Source of the DNA: Fonticula alba ATCC 38817
Lineage: Eukaryota > Protista > Nucleariida
Length of the DNA stretch: 16,757 nt
Strand: one strand, 5' to 3'
NCBI GenBank assembly: GCA_000388065.2
Contig: KB932207.1
Made by a program: the position numbers and the translations under genes. The notes beneath the pieces were generated by a model that made no database searches, was not told the DNA's origin, and saw only the letters and a program-made list of their open reading frames with translations. Positions 16,346-16,757 of this stretch are shown one piece after another. Numbering within the stretch: the stretch's first letter is position 1; each line of letters opens with the position of its first letter.

Positions 16346-16516
16346 CCACCACTTGTCCCAAAGGTTGAGACCAAGAAGACCTACGTCAAGACCGTCAGCG
16401 AAATCGACCCCGCATGGCTGGCCGAGGTGGCCCCCAAGTACTTCGGTCGGCTGTCGCCCTCCACGGCCTCCTCTCAGGGTGATGATGGCGATGCCAGCAC
16501 GACCCCCCGCAAATAG
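12743..16516 (+). CDS. DHX33: DEAH-box ATP-dependent RNA helicase, DHX33/Dhr2/Prh1 type
   Basis: Exons 12743-12804, 12996-13645, 13814-13894, 14085-15072, 15234-16170, 16364-16516. Total 2,871 nt = 956 aa + TAG; all junctions phase-consistent. Exon 1 is the least certain; alternative start ATG 13036. Motifs: [24 protein letters not shown] (14348), [25 protein letters not shown]2 ([14 protein letters not shown]), OB-NTP (HPSSVLF...ELVETKKTY...IDPAWL). [31 protein letters not shown] and GRAGRE favour DHX33/Dhr2 over Prp2/16/22/43. The DEAH call is near-certain; the subfamily call is from memory. Confidence 0.85.
14010..14062. repeat. (CA)26 microsatellite followed by (GCAC)n in helicase intron 3
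   Basis: Read directly. Ends about 20 nt before the acceptor AG at 14083-14084. Confidence 0.95.
15089..15109. repeat. (TC)10 microsatellite in helicase intron 4
   Basis: Read directly. Confidence 0.9.
16314..16344. repeat. C31 homopolymer in helicase intron 5
   Basis: Read directly; lies just upstream of the ccaaAG acceptor at 16363. Confidence 0.9.
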
Positions 16517-16706
16517 ACGATCTGCTGCCCCGTACACGCGCCCCCCCCCCCCCCCTCCGCGAGTGAGAAAGCACCACCCTCGCCCCCATGCGGCGGAGCA
16601 GGCATGCATGCGCATCGCAGCAGCAGTCAGGCGAATGGGCAAAAACATCGGCGCGTGTGTCCTCCCACCGCACGCCCTCCTCTCCGCAATTTCGTTCGCT
16701 GGGCCC

Positions 16707-16712
<6 letters not shown>

Positions 16713-16757
<45 letters not shown>
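16713..16757. repeat. (TC)n microsatellite running off the window end
   Basis: Read directly. Confidence 0.95.

Noticed and set aside
1-16757. CRISPR arrays, transposons, tRNA or rRNA genes
   Set aside because: No repeat-spacer structure, terminal inverted repeats or LTRs, transposase or RT motifs, or cloverleaf/rRNA signatures were seen. All repeats are simple tandem types.

Overview
GC-rich eukaryotic genomic DNA (roughly 65% GC by eye) with spliceosomal introns, many microsatellites and homopolymer runs, and a 961-nt assembly gap (869-1829). I reconstructed three intron-containing genes by hand, checking GT-AG boundaries and reading-frame phase at every junction. (1) + strand, 1882-6003: a roughly 1,320-aa low-complexity polyQ/Ser/Gly/Ala protein with two C-terminal C2H2 zinc fingers whose recognition helices resemble fungal Msn2/Msn4/Seb1/Ste12 fingers. 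Its 5' end may lie in or before the gap. (2) - strand, 11774-6896: 8 exons, 1,185 aa, a UNC-45/CRO1/She4 (UCS) myosin chaperone. (3) + strand, 12743-16516: 6 exons, 956 aa, a DEAH-box helicase of the DHX33/Dhr2 type, divergent from gene 2. The most interesting observation is that the UCS protein has a fungal-like UCS domain but also an apparently degenerate N-terminal TPR domain. That domain is only visible after splicing in a 34-nt micro-exon, has lost most Hsp70/Hsp90 carboxylate-clamp residues, and comes with two C-x2-C-x4-C motifs. Introns show a near-uniform GT(G/A)CG donor. The features suggest a unicellular opisthokont on the fungal side (e.g. a Fonticula-like nucleariid); this is inference only. 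I found no rRNA, tRNA, transposon or CRISPR features. All family comparisons are from memory, not database searches.
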